A stretch of 63,709 nt of DNA from Paraspadella gotoi (lineage: Eukaryota > Animalia > Chaetognatha). Below are positions 51,982 through 63,709 of the stretch, piece by piece. Both the position numbers and the translations under genes were made by a program. The notes beneath the pieces are model-generated. The model made no database searches. It had not been told where the DNA came from and saw only the letters and a program-made list of their open reading frames with translations. Each line of letters opens with the position of its first letter. Position 1 is the first letter of the stretch. The DNA is taken from contig CM119267.1 in NCBI GenBank assembly GCA_051294375.1, positions 10,477,045 through 10,540,753 on the forward strand. The letters are read 5' to 3'.

Positions 51982-52121
51982 GTCCCCCGCAGAGAGCGAG
52001 CGCTTCGTCAGTCTCCGCAGCCGCCGCCCCGCCGAGCTTCCGTCCACGCGCTGGAGCCTTCAACAATCAACATCCCCTCAACATCCCCGTCGAAAGTTCG
52101 ACGATCACGTCGGGATCGATC

Positions 52122-52156
<35 letters not shown>

Positions 52157-52702
52157 TTTGTCCGCCAAAAGAATTCATTGTTTTTTCTGGTTTTGACGGT
52201 GGAAGAGATGAGAAAGAGAGAGAATCGAAGGTAAAGATGGGGAAAAATAGAAAAGAAAAAGATTGTTCGTAAATTGTACGTAAATAATAAATGGCTAATT
52301 AAATAATTGTCGTTGTTGTATAAATATTTCGTCTTTTATCTTACCTCTTAGGTGATGAACTGGATAAACCAAAAGACTACTAAAAATGGAAGAAGAAAGA
52401 ATCAAGTTAAGAGTGGAAATTATAACATCATTTAGGGATAGAAGAGAAGAATAGACGAGGAGAAAGGAAAAGAAAAGAATAGAAAGGATTTACGATTCGG
52501 AAAGGAAATACGTATCCCGCCTCCGTCGCGGTTACATTCTCTATTTTACGTAAATATTGATGGTAGTAAATTGACTATTGATAGTAGTAAATTGGCGAAT
52601 TAAACGATATCGCCGCTGGCCGTTCAACCTAAAGGTCAGAACCGTGAAAAAAAAACGTTTTTAATCCCTAAAAAACGAATCCGCTCAACTTTCTCACCGT
52701 CC

Positions 52703-52711
52703 GATGATGAT

Positions 52712-52789
<78 letters not shown>
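52703..52789. repeat. (GAT)n microsatellite
   Basis: Near-perfect GAT run of ~85 bp. Confidence 0.95.
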
Positions 52790-54781
52790 CTCGATTACTC
52801 GCGCGAAAAACTCACCTCGTCGAAAAATCAATACAAATCTTATCGTAATTTTTTTTTCCTCCTTCGGCCATTTTTTTTTTCAAAAAAATCCTCGCCTCGA
52901 GTCTAACCTCTAAACATCTCCCGTCGTGAATGTGAACGTGAATGGATCACAAGAGGAGATCGCGCATTCTCCTCGACTTTTTTCACTTATGTTTCGTCTC
53001 ATGCGTTCATCTTCTCATCTTCTCATCTTCTCAACTGGGCTCCTCTGCTCGTAATTTATCTCCAGACTCGTTCACGATCTGTGAATGACATTTATTCTTC
53101 CAGTAACGAGATGCTTCTTTTACGTTGTTCATTAAAAAAAATATATTCGAAGAGCGTTACAGCAGATTGAAATGTATCTTTCAAAGCTATTTAAAAAGAA
53201 ATTTGGCTATGTGTATCCAGATTAAGTTGCGAGATAATCTAGAATAGTTGTATCATGAAGGAAAATAAGAAAAGAGATACAGACGGACGGACGGACGGAC
53301 GGACGGCCAGGCGGGCGGACGAACGGACAGAAGGAATTATCGCGAGTTATAAAACTATATAGTGAAAATAATCTACTCTAATCTTTTGTTTTATACTCGT
53401 CATAGATGTCGCCCTAGAATTAACCCGGTAATTTAAAAACAAAGTAACACATCCTATTCCTATGCACGAGTACAATTTTGAAATGCTTGACATTTTTTTT
53501 TCTTTTAAAACAGGATTCAGGAAAGCTTATCAAACATTCTGAATACATAAAGTTTCTCCCAAATGAATCTTTATTTATCATTTTCATTTATAAAGGCATT
53601 TTTAATTTAGTTTACGTCTAACTTTCTCCAGACGATCAAACCCAAGTAGCTCCACCCAATTTCGATCTGCCTCATTCGATCGAGCCAACCATCCGTTAGC
53701 CGATCCGCGTAGAAAGATCGTCGATTGATCGCATCTCTCTCTGAGAACAAATTAAATCCCAATCGGCTGAGACGGTCATCGACCAGAACGCAATTAAGCC
53801 TAATCGCTTGCGACGCTCAAATTACGTAAACACAACAAAAAAATCGTCACTGTTCTAACTGAAATAATTTTTTTCTGCTCCATTAAACGAAAGGGGACAC
53901 ACTAGAGGCGTGGTGTCATCCCCTTCGTCGTCGTCGTTACCGAATCTTCCTCCTCCTCTTCCTCCTCCTCCTCCTCGTCCTCTTCCTCCTCTCGCAGTTG
54001 CATCTGCGCGCAGCACGCGACAGCCAGGAGGTCCATGCGATTTTGCCGATTTTGACTTAAGAGAATGTCAAGAGGAATCGTACGTTTCTCGTCGCGAATG
54101 TTACAGTCAAAGACGCAGGAAACGCCAACGCCGTAGCCATCGAAAAAATTTTTTTTTTAATAATCAGTCGGAAGTCAATAATTGATACTGACGTCAAATA
54201 ATTTCCATCGAAAAAAAAGATGATGCCATCTAATCCGTGAGAGACACGCCCCCCCGTCTCTACTCGGCGGTTTGACGTCAATCACGAAAGAGTTGGTCTC
54301 ACCGGATCAGGTTTTTTCTTTACTCGTTTGTGAATCAAATGACTCTGTTTGCGAAAGTGAGACCAAAAAAAGAGATTGTAAGCCCCTTTTTGGAGTGAAA
54401 TGTAGAAAAAGAGTCGTGAATTGTGAATTCGCGTTTCGTGCGAACTCGTGACGTTCGAACCCGAATGTTTGATCTTCAAAGTGAATTTAAATCAATTCCC
54501 CCTTTTTCTTTCCTTTTTTTTCTTTCCTTTATTTTTCTTTCCTTTTTTTTCTTTCCTTTTTCGGTTTGTTTTCCTTTTTTTTATTGAATGCGTGAAGGGA
54601 TGGTTCGTGTGAAGGCGATGAATTACAGGGTGATGAAACTAAAACGAAGATGATTTTTAAAACAAATCCGACGAATTTATCATGCGTGTTGTTTAGAGTA
54701 AGAAAGAAAAATGAAATTGATAAAAATGATAATAAATAAAGAAGAACCTTTAAAAAAAATCCCTAATCCGAAGATGGATCG

Positions 54782-55037
54782 AAAATTAAACACACCGCTG
54801 TAGTCACCCTATTTAAGAATTCAAAAATTCGACCGGTGCTTCGTAAAATTTAACACACCGCTGTAGTCATTCTATTTAAGAATTCAAAAATTCGACCGGT
54901 GCTTCGTAAAATTTTACACACCGCTCTAGTCACCCTAATTCAAAAATTCGACCGGTGCTTCATAAAATTTAACACACCGCTGTAGTCACCCTAATTCAAA
55001 AATTCGACCGGTGCTTCATAAAATTGAACACACCGCT
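54782..55037. repeat. 56-63-bp minisatellite, ~4.3 copies
   Basis: Unit AAAATTWAACACACCGCTGTAGTCACCCT(ATTTAAG)AATTCAAAAATTCGACCGGTGCTTCRT, head-to-tail with no spacers. Confidence 0.9.
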
Positions 55038-57012
55038 AGCGTCGCCACGTAAAAATAGTCCGGATCTGACTCGAAGTCAAGCTGCGTCTTCGCGGGGGAT
55101 TTCGTTCATTGACACTTCGGTGGCCAAACTCGCCTTTTTAAAATTCCTTTTTTTAATTTTTTTGTTTTAATGCTGTGATTATAATAAAATTCGTCGATTT
55201 TTTTTCATCAGAAAAATTAAAAAACTTTTAATTCAAAGGCGTCCTTTTGTTTTTCTTCTCGACAATAAGAGCAGTAAAAGTAAAAAAAAAAAAAATTTCT
55301 CCAAATTCTAAATAATTGTGATCTTATCTAGATTCTGTCAAGTTTGTATCTCGAAATAGGAATTTCAGAATTGAGATACTTATCTCTCTTCCACTCTTCG
55401 CAACCCTACTCTCTCGTCTTTTTAAGAATCGAAAAATAAAAATATATCGATTATCATCGAACGCGAAAAAAAAAAGAAGATTTTCTTTCTTGCTCCGAAT
55501 ATCCGATTTCTGTTATTTCGACGTCGAGTGAACTCGAATCGACGGAGATTCGTCCGGATAACTATTCGGATAACTATCGAATCCGTCGTTCCGGGAACAT
55601 CGGTCGAGACCCTAAGCGGGAATAGCTCGGTATTTTACGATAACAACTAGTTGCATTTGGACGAATCTTCAAGACCTAACTTCTTGGTTTTAAATTGTAT
55701 CTTCAAAATTTACGGTAAACAGTAAACTATTTTTGAAGAAAACAAATACATTTATTTTGAGCGAAGCATCTCTCACCTCGCTCTTATTTGCTTCACCTCA
55801 TCCGTGAGCCTAAACTTACCTCGCCTCACCTCACCTCTCCTGGCGCTTTTAAACCGATTTGGGCGGAATTACCTTTGCGGGAAATTTTTAAAGAGGCTCA
55901 GAATCGTCGTCCTCGCTCTCCTTTTTCGGCGCTAAAATTCAAAAGGCAACGAAAATTGTTTATGTTCGGTTCATTTTAAAATATCGTGAGTTGAATGGAG
56001 GATTTCGTGATGTTTTGACCTCGGAGCTTCCGTCCGTTAATCATATATAATCTATTCACTTTTTTTCTTTCAATTTACGAGTTAAACGCGTAAAGCCGCT
56101 TTCGAACTTTTGAGTTGAAAGCTTACGTGACCTCGGATTCTTTCAGCAACTTCTTGATCTTTTTAGGATTCTCAAGTTTCAAATGTATTACATAAAACCT
56201 TTTTGTAGAAATTTGTTTTTTAAAGTTTTGTCAATTTCACTTTACAAACTTTTTCCTAATTAGCGCAAATTATACAACCTAAAAGCTATAGAAGACTGCA
56301 ACTTTGTACGATACTAGCCCATGGCAAGCTCCACTGAAGCTTAATTTCTTAGTTCAACAGCTCCAGCGACTAAACGGTGTGTAGTACAGTGTGTAGTACT
56401 ACACACCTCTCAATCCCAGAGGCTCAAGAGTTTTCCGCTTTCTTTATTTACGACCTCGACTCGAGGCGAGAGCGACCTCCAACAATCTTTTTGAATTCAC
56501 GATCTCCAGTGACTTCCGCTTTACAAAATCACAGCGATCACTCGTAAAGTCTAAATATCTCTGGATCAATAGCGGCGAAGGTTTCCAGAGTTATTCCCCT
56601 TCAAAGTTTGTGGGTTTCGTGGAGAAAAGAAACACCAGCAACCTTCGATGCCTCTGACACCCCCTTCCAGAGTGGGGGAGAACACCTCGAGGAAGGTTGG
56701 ACTGGGAACTCCCCTCCCTCGCATCCTGCAGCGGCGCCCTCGGATGTCCCTAGCGGCTAATCGTCGTCATTGTCGTCGTCGTCGTCCTAATCATTGTAAA
56801 TCCTTATCGATTCGCCGTCGTCGTCGTCGTCGTCGTTTTCGTCGCTATCGAACGTCGCCAACGTCAGTGGTTTTTAAGTTATGTTTTCTTATGTTAGTTA
56901 TATTTTTTTTTTTTTTTTTTTGGTTTTTTGGTTAATCCTTTCTTTACTTTTCTTTTTACTTATCTTTTCTTTAAAAATAAAGGCGGCGCCAGTAGTCGCT
57001 TAAATTTGATTT

Positions 57013-57169
57013 TTAACAAATGACCGTCCACAAACTATAGGCAAGTTATAAGCGTTTTTAACGTCAAGTGGGACAGACCGGACGGACAGACATAACGGAA
57101 CAGACCGACAGACCGACCGAAAAGTGACTTATAGAGTTCCTCCGCGAGTACTCGCGGCGCAACTAAAAA
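57013..57169 (+). mobile_element. HINE/DINE-1-like short element, copy 2
   Basis: Same organisation as 17666-17819, with the perfect palindrome CCGCGAGTACTCGCGG before CAACTAAAAA. Confidence 0.6.
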
Positions 57170-57761
57170 TAGATTTAATGCAACAGCAAGCCCGACAATC
57201 GTGAATCTTCCACCATCAGGTCAAAAAGAAATCCCGACCACCTGATCACGAAGCTGACTACAATCCGAACATAATTCTGATCTTCTCTCGTCGTTCTTTT
57301 GGTCGTCCTCATCGTCGTTGTCTTCGGTCCGCCGCGATCTTCGATCTTGTTTTGTTTTAAAAGCCACAACAACAACAACAACTTCTTCGACCCAGAATAA
57401 AAAAAACCTCCGAAAAGGGTTACGAGAGGCGGAGGCATTCCGATTCTTTTTTCGATCTTCATTCCAGGACTCTGCCGCTGGGAATCCGCGAGGTTTCGTC
57501 AGCCGCGGATCCCGCAGCAGCCTCGGGGAGGGATCGCCTTCTCTCTCNNNNNNNNNNNNNNNNNNNNNNNNNNNNNNNNNNNNNNNNNNNNNNNNNNNNN
57601 NNNNNNNNNNNNNNNNNNNNNNNNNNNNNNNNNNNNNNNNNNNNNNNNNNNNNNNNNNNNNNNNNNNNNNNNNNNNAACACAACGAAAAGGGATTTAATG
57701 AGCGACGAATCCCGATGTACATCGCTTTTGTTTACGTTTCGTCGTCGTCGTTTTTTGTCGT

Positions 57762-58923
57762 CTTAATTATCGTCGCCCTTTTGTCGTCGATCATCGTGTT
57801 GTTTTTCGTTGAACCCGACACCCATTACTCTCTTCTTCCCGCATGAGGATCGAGGTTCTTGTTTTTCTTTTCAAATTTTCGGGGTGGTTTTTGTTTCCGT
57901 TGTGTTTATTTTGGTTTTGTTCTATTTATAGATTTTTTCCCCCCTCTTTTTTTTTTATATTTCATTTCTTCCGTCTTCTCTCAACGCGAACCAACGGATT
58001 TTGCCAACGAATTTATATCGACCACCGGATTTCGTCCTCGGAATTTTTTTTTTTTTTTTTTCACGGCTGAGAATTTGCTATCTCGACGGGATGTGTCGGC
58101 CCGTCGGCCTGTCGGCCTGTCGGGTCGATGTCGCCAGAAATGTTGACACTTTGCGACACCAACGATGGGCGACCAACTACAAAGTTGTCAACTCGGAATT
58201 AATTATCATTTGTCAACATTTCCGTTTCGACTTGAAGGTTCTCTCATCAACGCTTTTTTTTTAAAACGGACGAAAATTTGTTTTCCTCGTCTAATTACGA
58301 TTCGTCAAACGAAGACAGATTTTTATTATAATTTATCAATGTTTTTTTTTTAATCTTGACAATTTATCGCCCGTCAGTAATTTTTAAAAAAAAATTAAAT
58401 TCACCAAATCACAACCCACGTTATGATATTCAACTCTTATAAACTTAAATTTGTCATCAAATATTCGTCAAACCATTTTGTCATCGGTATTTACTTTTTT
58501 GGGCTCAAAAAACCAATTGGGCTGATTCGATCGGCAATCTCGCGAAGGTGAGAAAGAGAAAGAGAGAGGACGACGAGAGAAGAGAGAGACGAAGAGATGA
58601 GAGATGACGACGACCGAGGACGAGAGAGACGACAGTCGTCGGAAGAGGTTCGAGAGAGAGAACGAGACGGGAGACAGAGAGAGAGAGAAAATCCAGGTTA
58701 TTTACAGTCAATTACCGTGAAAACGAAATCCCAAGAAATATTTCACCTTCTCTCTTTTTGCCTAATTTTTTTTTTCTGAGGCCAGTTGAACGATGATGGG
58801 GTTCTTTGGGGAGAGAGGGAATAAAAAAAATGAAAATCGCTAAAATTCGTAACAGAGAAACTCATTCTTCGATTCTTATATCAGTTGATTCGCCCTTTTT
58901 TCATTCTTTTGAGAAAAAGCAAA

Positions 58924-58956
<33 letters not shown>

Positions 58957-60267
58957 NNNNNNNNNNNNNNNNNNNNNNNNNCCTTAATTTATTTCGTCGC
59001 CCTTTTGTTCGGTCGATTCATTCGTGTTGTTTTTCGTTGAACCCGACACCCATCTACTCTCTTCTTCCCCGCACGATGAGGATTCGAGGGTTCTTGTATT
59101 TTCTTTCTCAAAATCTTTCGGATTGGTTTTGTTTCCGTCTGTTGTTTATTTTCGGCTTCGTTGGCGTCTACTTTACTAGATTCTTTTCCCCCTCTTTTTT
59201 TTATATTATTCTTATTTCCTTCCGTCTTCTTCTCAACGCGAACCAACGTGATTTCCCAACGACATTTATATTTCGACCCACCGGATTTCCGTCTCGGAAT
59301 TTTTTCTTCCACGCTCGAAAGAATTTTGCTTATCTCTCGACCGATGTGTCGGCCCGTCGGCTTGTCGGCCTGTCGGCGTCGATGTCCGCCAGACAATGTT
59401 ACCACTTTGCGACACCACGCATGGGCGCACACAACTACAAAAAGTTGATCAACTCACGCGCAATTAATTATCACCTGTCAACATTTCCGTTTAGACTTGA
59501 AGGCTTCTCTCATCACGCCTTTTTTTCTCTTAACTACGGTACGAAATTTGCTTTTCCTCCGCTCTAATTTCACGATTCTTCAAACGAAGACCAGATTTTT
59601 ATAAATGAATTTATCAATGTTTTCTTTTTTTAATCCTTGACAATTTATCGCCCGTCAGTAATTTAAAAAAAAAAATTTAAATTCCCACCAAATAACACAC
59701 AGCCGTTATCGATATGGCACACTCTTAATCAAACTTAAATTTGTCCATCAAATACTTTCCGTCAACACTCATTTTGTCATCGGTATTTACTTTTTTGGCC
59801 TCAAAAAAACCCAAACTTTGGGCTGATTCGGATCGGCCAATCCTCGCCCCGAACCGGTCGACGAAAGAGAAAGAGAGAGGACGACGAGAGAAGAGAGAGA
59901 CGAAGAGATGAGAGATGACGACGACCGAGGACGAGAGAGACGACAGTCGTCGGAAGAGGTTCGAGAGAGAGAACGAGACGGGAGACAGAGAGAGAGAGAA
60001 AATCCAGGTATTACAGTCAATACCGTTCTGAAAACGACAATCGCCAAAAGGAAATATTTCACCTTCTCCTCTTTTTGGCCTGAAATTTTTTTTTTTCTGA
60101 GCCAGTTGTGAACGATGATTGGAGGTTCTTTGGGTGATGACGAGCGGAATCAAAAAAAATGTGAAAATCGCCTAAAATCGTAACAGAGAACAACTCATTC
60201 TTCGATTCTTATATCAGTGATCGCCCTTTTTTCATTCTTTGCGAGAAAAAGCAAACATTCCCTCCTC

Positions 60268-60303
<36 letters not shown>

Positions 60304-60350
60304 CTTCTCTCTCTCTCTCTCTCTCTCTCTCCTCTCCTCTCTCTCTCTCT
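57762..60350. repeat. Direct tandem duplication (57762-58956 and 58982-~60350) across a 25-N gap
   Basis: Collinear, indel-rich copies; both give the ORF MRDDDDRGRERRQSSEE (58597 and 59908). Confidence 0.9.
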
Positions 60351-61712
60351 CTGACAATCTCCGAGATGAGTTTAAACTTAGAGTTCACGATATTTTTTTT
60401 GGCGTTTCTTATCGAACTTTTTCTTTCATTTTCTTTTCTTTTGTACTGGAAAAAAAAAGAAAGAAAAAATATATAAACATCTCGAGCGTTCGATCCGAAA
60501 AAAAAAGAAAGAAAAAAGAAAGAAAAAACATCTACAGAGATAGAAAGAAAAATCTGGAAATGACGGATCGAGGATTTGGCGAAACCCAAGGAGACTGAAC
60601 TTCGTTTCTGCGGCCGAGCGCCCGCAGGCTCGCGGCGACAACGGCGCTTAGTAAAAGACGGTTGCGTGCGAAGAGGGAAACTGTTTTCGTTATATGAAAG
60701 AGTTCAAAAAGACATTTGCATGTTTGTTAATCTCTCGAGAAAGAGTTCTACAATTACTGAGCTCCTTTAATCTAAATTAAAGAGCGTATAAAAATGCTTA
60801 TCAAAATGAGATCGAAACTCCAACGTCTCTAACCGGAAAGGGAACATTACCAAACGCTATCAAACACCGGAAGTTGTCGTCGGACCCCGCCACAAAAAAA
60901 TGTGACGACGGGGGACGCGAAAATTGACACGCTCGTGAAGCGCGAGTGTCACGACGAAAGATAACCCGAAAGGGACGCGACCGAGAGTTCAACCCCAAAA
61001 AAAAAGTTCACTGCGAAGGCACTTTTATTTTTCCTTCGTTAATTTTCTTTCTTTCTTTCTTTCTTTTTTCTCATCTCCACATTTGGTTTCTTCCAATTTG
61101 CCAGATGCTTCTTCGTGCGTTTTTTGGAAAAAAAAGAAAAAAAAAGAAAACCAAAAATTTTTAAAAAAACTTAAAACCGTGTTTTTTCAATTACACTAAA
61201 GCGGTGGATTTTCTAAGTGGCTAATGAACTGCCGCCTTAAAAACTCGTGCCTAACGTTTTTCACTTTTAAATTCGCTTGGGTATATATCTCTCATTTGTG
61301 GAAATCTGTAAATTACACTTTTTCGTTTGCTCAATTAAAAAAGAAAAATTTCGATAAAAAATGAAACTGTTTACTCGATTAAGTTTTACCAATTAATCTT
61401 CTTTTTTTTTTTAATTTCAGATCAGGACGACAACATAAAATCGTTTTCATTCTTAGATTTAGAAATTATAAAAAGGAAAAAGAAAAGAAAAATAAGGAAC
61501 CTCGATGAAGTAACAAGCTGGAACGCATTTCGGCAAGAAAACCTCTCAAGTGTCCTATAGCCAGAAGAAATCACTTTATATATTTTCCGACCGGAATACC
61601 GACCCGGTCTCGTTTTACCGACCTGTGAAACGACGAAACGACCAACTAGGATGAACTGATTACTCCGCGTTCATTTTCCTGTTCGGCGCGCGGACCGACT
61701 CTCTCGCTAAAG

Positions 61713-62681
61713 ATGTCTGGACTTAGTCCCTCACCCTCGAAGAAGGTGAGTTAGTTTTCATTCTGGGTTTGCCGCAAAAAAACCTCACATTTTCACTAAC
61801 AAATTAAGTTTATTTTCTCCGTCATTCTTTAACATTAAGGTCTATTTAAATGGTCGATAGAATATAAGCATTTTTATAACGTTGATGAGTTGATATATTG
61901 CGTCTATATACATAAATACTTATGTATATCATGATTGCCGTTCACAGGTGAAACCTTCCATTCATCTTCGAAANNNNNNNNNNNNNNNNNNNNNNNNNNN
62001 NNNNNNNNNNNNNNNNNNNNNNNNNNNNNNNNNNNNNNNNNNNNNNNNNNNNNNNNNNNNNNNNNNNNNNNNNNNNNNNNNNNNNNNNNNNNNNNNNNNN
62101 NNNNNNNNNNNNNNNNNNNNNTCAGCAAGAGTTGGAACTTCTCGAAGACGCCAAGTAATTTTATTAAAATAATATTGCAGGGAGTGTGCGTTGCCGCGTC
62201 AAATCGTCAAAAAAGTAAATACATAAACGAATCGGTTAAACTTTATGAAATTAAATTTAATTTTTTTTAAATAATTACAACGACTCAGCTGGAGCGCGCT
62301 GCCCAAGGGGAAAAAAGCGACATATATAATTCAGGGAAAAAAATTGTCGCTTCTTTTTTATTCTCTGTTTGTTCTANNNNNNNNNNNNNNNNNNNNNNNN
62401 NNNNNNNNNNNNNNNNNNNNNNNNNNNNNNNNNNNNNNNNNNNNNNNNNNNNNNNNNNNNNNNNNNNNNNNNNNNNNNNNNNNNNNNNNNNNNNNNNNNN
62501 NNNNNNNNNNNNNNNNNNNNNNNNNNNNNNNNNNNNNNNNNNNNNNNNNNNNNNNNNNNNNNNNNNNNNNNNNNNNNNNNNNNNNNNNATTTTCTGCAGG
62601 TTTCGAATCCAATTCGATCCTTATGTTCTCTTCGGCCCGCGATCGTTTGTGAGCGCGAGATCAACCCCTGGCTTCGTCTGA
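61713..62681 (+). CDS. Possible small spliced gene of unknown function, partly hidden in gaps
   Basis: ATG exon 61713-61745 (MSGLSPSPSKK|GTGAGT), acceptor TTCACAG|61948, ...QQELELLEDA(K)|GTAATT at ~62154, acceptor TTTTCTGCAG|62600 reading FRIQFDPYVLFGPRSFVSARSTPGFV*. No recognisable family. Confidence 0.35.
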
Positions 62682-63709
62682 TGAGCCTTCACCAAAAATT
62701 ACATTCTATCTTTCTACTAATTTTAAAATAATTTTACTAATTCTTTTTTTCTCTTTTCAAATTTAAAAAAAAAAATTATACAAATTTTAGTTTTAGTTTT
62801 CATTTTCCTTATGACAACACTATTGTGATCGTGTTAACCTAGAAAACGACCAAGACGATGACGACGAATACACAGTTTTTTCTTACACACCAACCTCATT
62901 ATTTGTTCAGGAAAAAATGTTTCCCCCTTCCCAAAAATTACAACACCGCGCCCAGTACACACAGCTGACATCCGCGGCGAATAGGCTTTCTTGACCCGTA
63001 GGGATCGTTTATAATTCAAACCGTCGAAGATCAACAAATGCACAGTCCACTCACAAACAGACGCGTAAATGCGTTTANNNNNNNNNNCCAAGAAAAAGGA
63101 GATCGCCCCGACGCCCACCGATTGGAAGCCGGAGGAAGGAGAGTGCAAGTGAGTGTGTGTGAGTGAGTGTGTGTGTGTGAGTGTGTGTGTAGAAGAGAGT
63201 CGGGATTTGTGATGGGGGAGTAAGAGTGAGGGGAAGTTGTCGGAGAAGGAAAAAAGTAAAAGGAGTGGTTTTGGGAACACTGGGCATTGGGTCAGATTAA
63301 GTCCATTCCGGAAGAAATGGGAAATTGTAAGTTTATCCCTTAAGTTGAAAAACCATAATGAAAAGAAGTACAAACGCAAAAAAAGAAAACTTGAAATTTT
63401 TTGTTGGATTTTCGAAAAAAAATTATGTCCCCAATAATTTTGAGTGGCGGAATGAAGAGTTTAATTATAACTATTCTAATTCATTAAACATTAAACAATC
63501 TTTTAGAGCAAAACCTGCCCTAATTTTTATGGTCGTCAATAGCATGAGGCGTGACTAACCTTTTGACGTGTCGTCGTGTCATCGTTCGTGTCAAGTAATG
63601 TCATAATTTTTTTTTTTATCAAAAATAAATCTATTCGATTTTTTCACCCATCGCCTCAACGTGAGAGCAGAGGGAGGTAGGCAAAAAGTTTCCCACCCAT
63701 TTTTTTTTT

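Noticed and set aside
54782-55037. CRISPR-like array
   Set aside because: Units are head-to-tail with no unique spacers, there are no cas genes, and the context is eukaryotic.
62670-62710. Isolated CTGATGAG hammerhead-like motif
   Set aside because: No downstream helix II or GAAAC-GUH.

Overview
This is AT-rich, CpG-rich invertebrate (bilaterian-type) genomic DNA from a gapped draft assembly. It is dense in (GA)n microsatellites and contains noisy duplicated blocks next to 25-N gaps. I could reconstruct four spliced genes by hand: (1) an uncharacterised Cys-containing protein with a GPI-type tail and a weakly globin-like segment (+, 18497-21095); (2) a stand-alone orotate phosphoribosyltransferase that lacks the OMP decarboxylase half of UMPS (-, 23385-24453); (3) trifunctional GART (+, 35833-39260); (4) a nicotinic acetylcholine receptor alpha subunit (-, 39937-51383). 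The 8-kb sixth intron of the receptor holds a type II C-type lectin gene, a second degenerate lectin domain, up to three very divergent T-box-like remnants, and a 1.6-kb non-autonomous element that interrupts one of them. A 4.76-kb palindrome lies between OPRT and GART, and each arm carries a hairpin of two oppositely oriented minimal hammerhead ribozyme motifs of the kind found in Penelope-like elements. All protein similarities were judged by eye; no searches were run.
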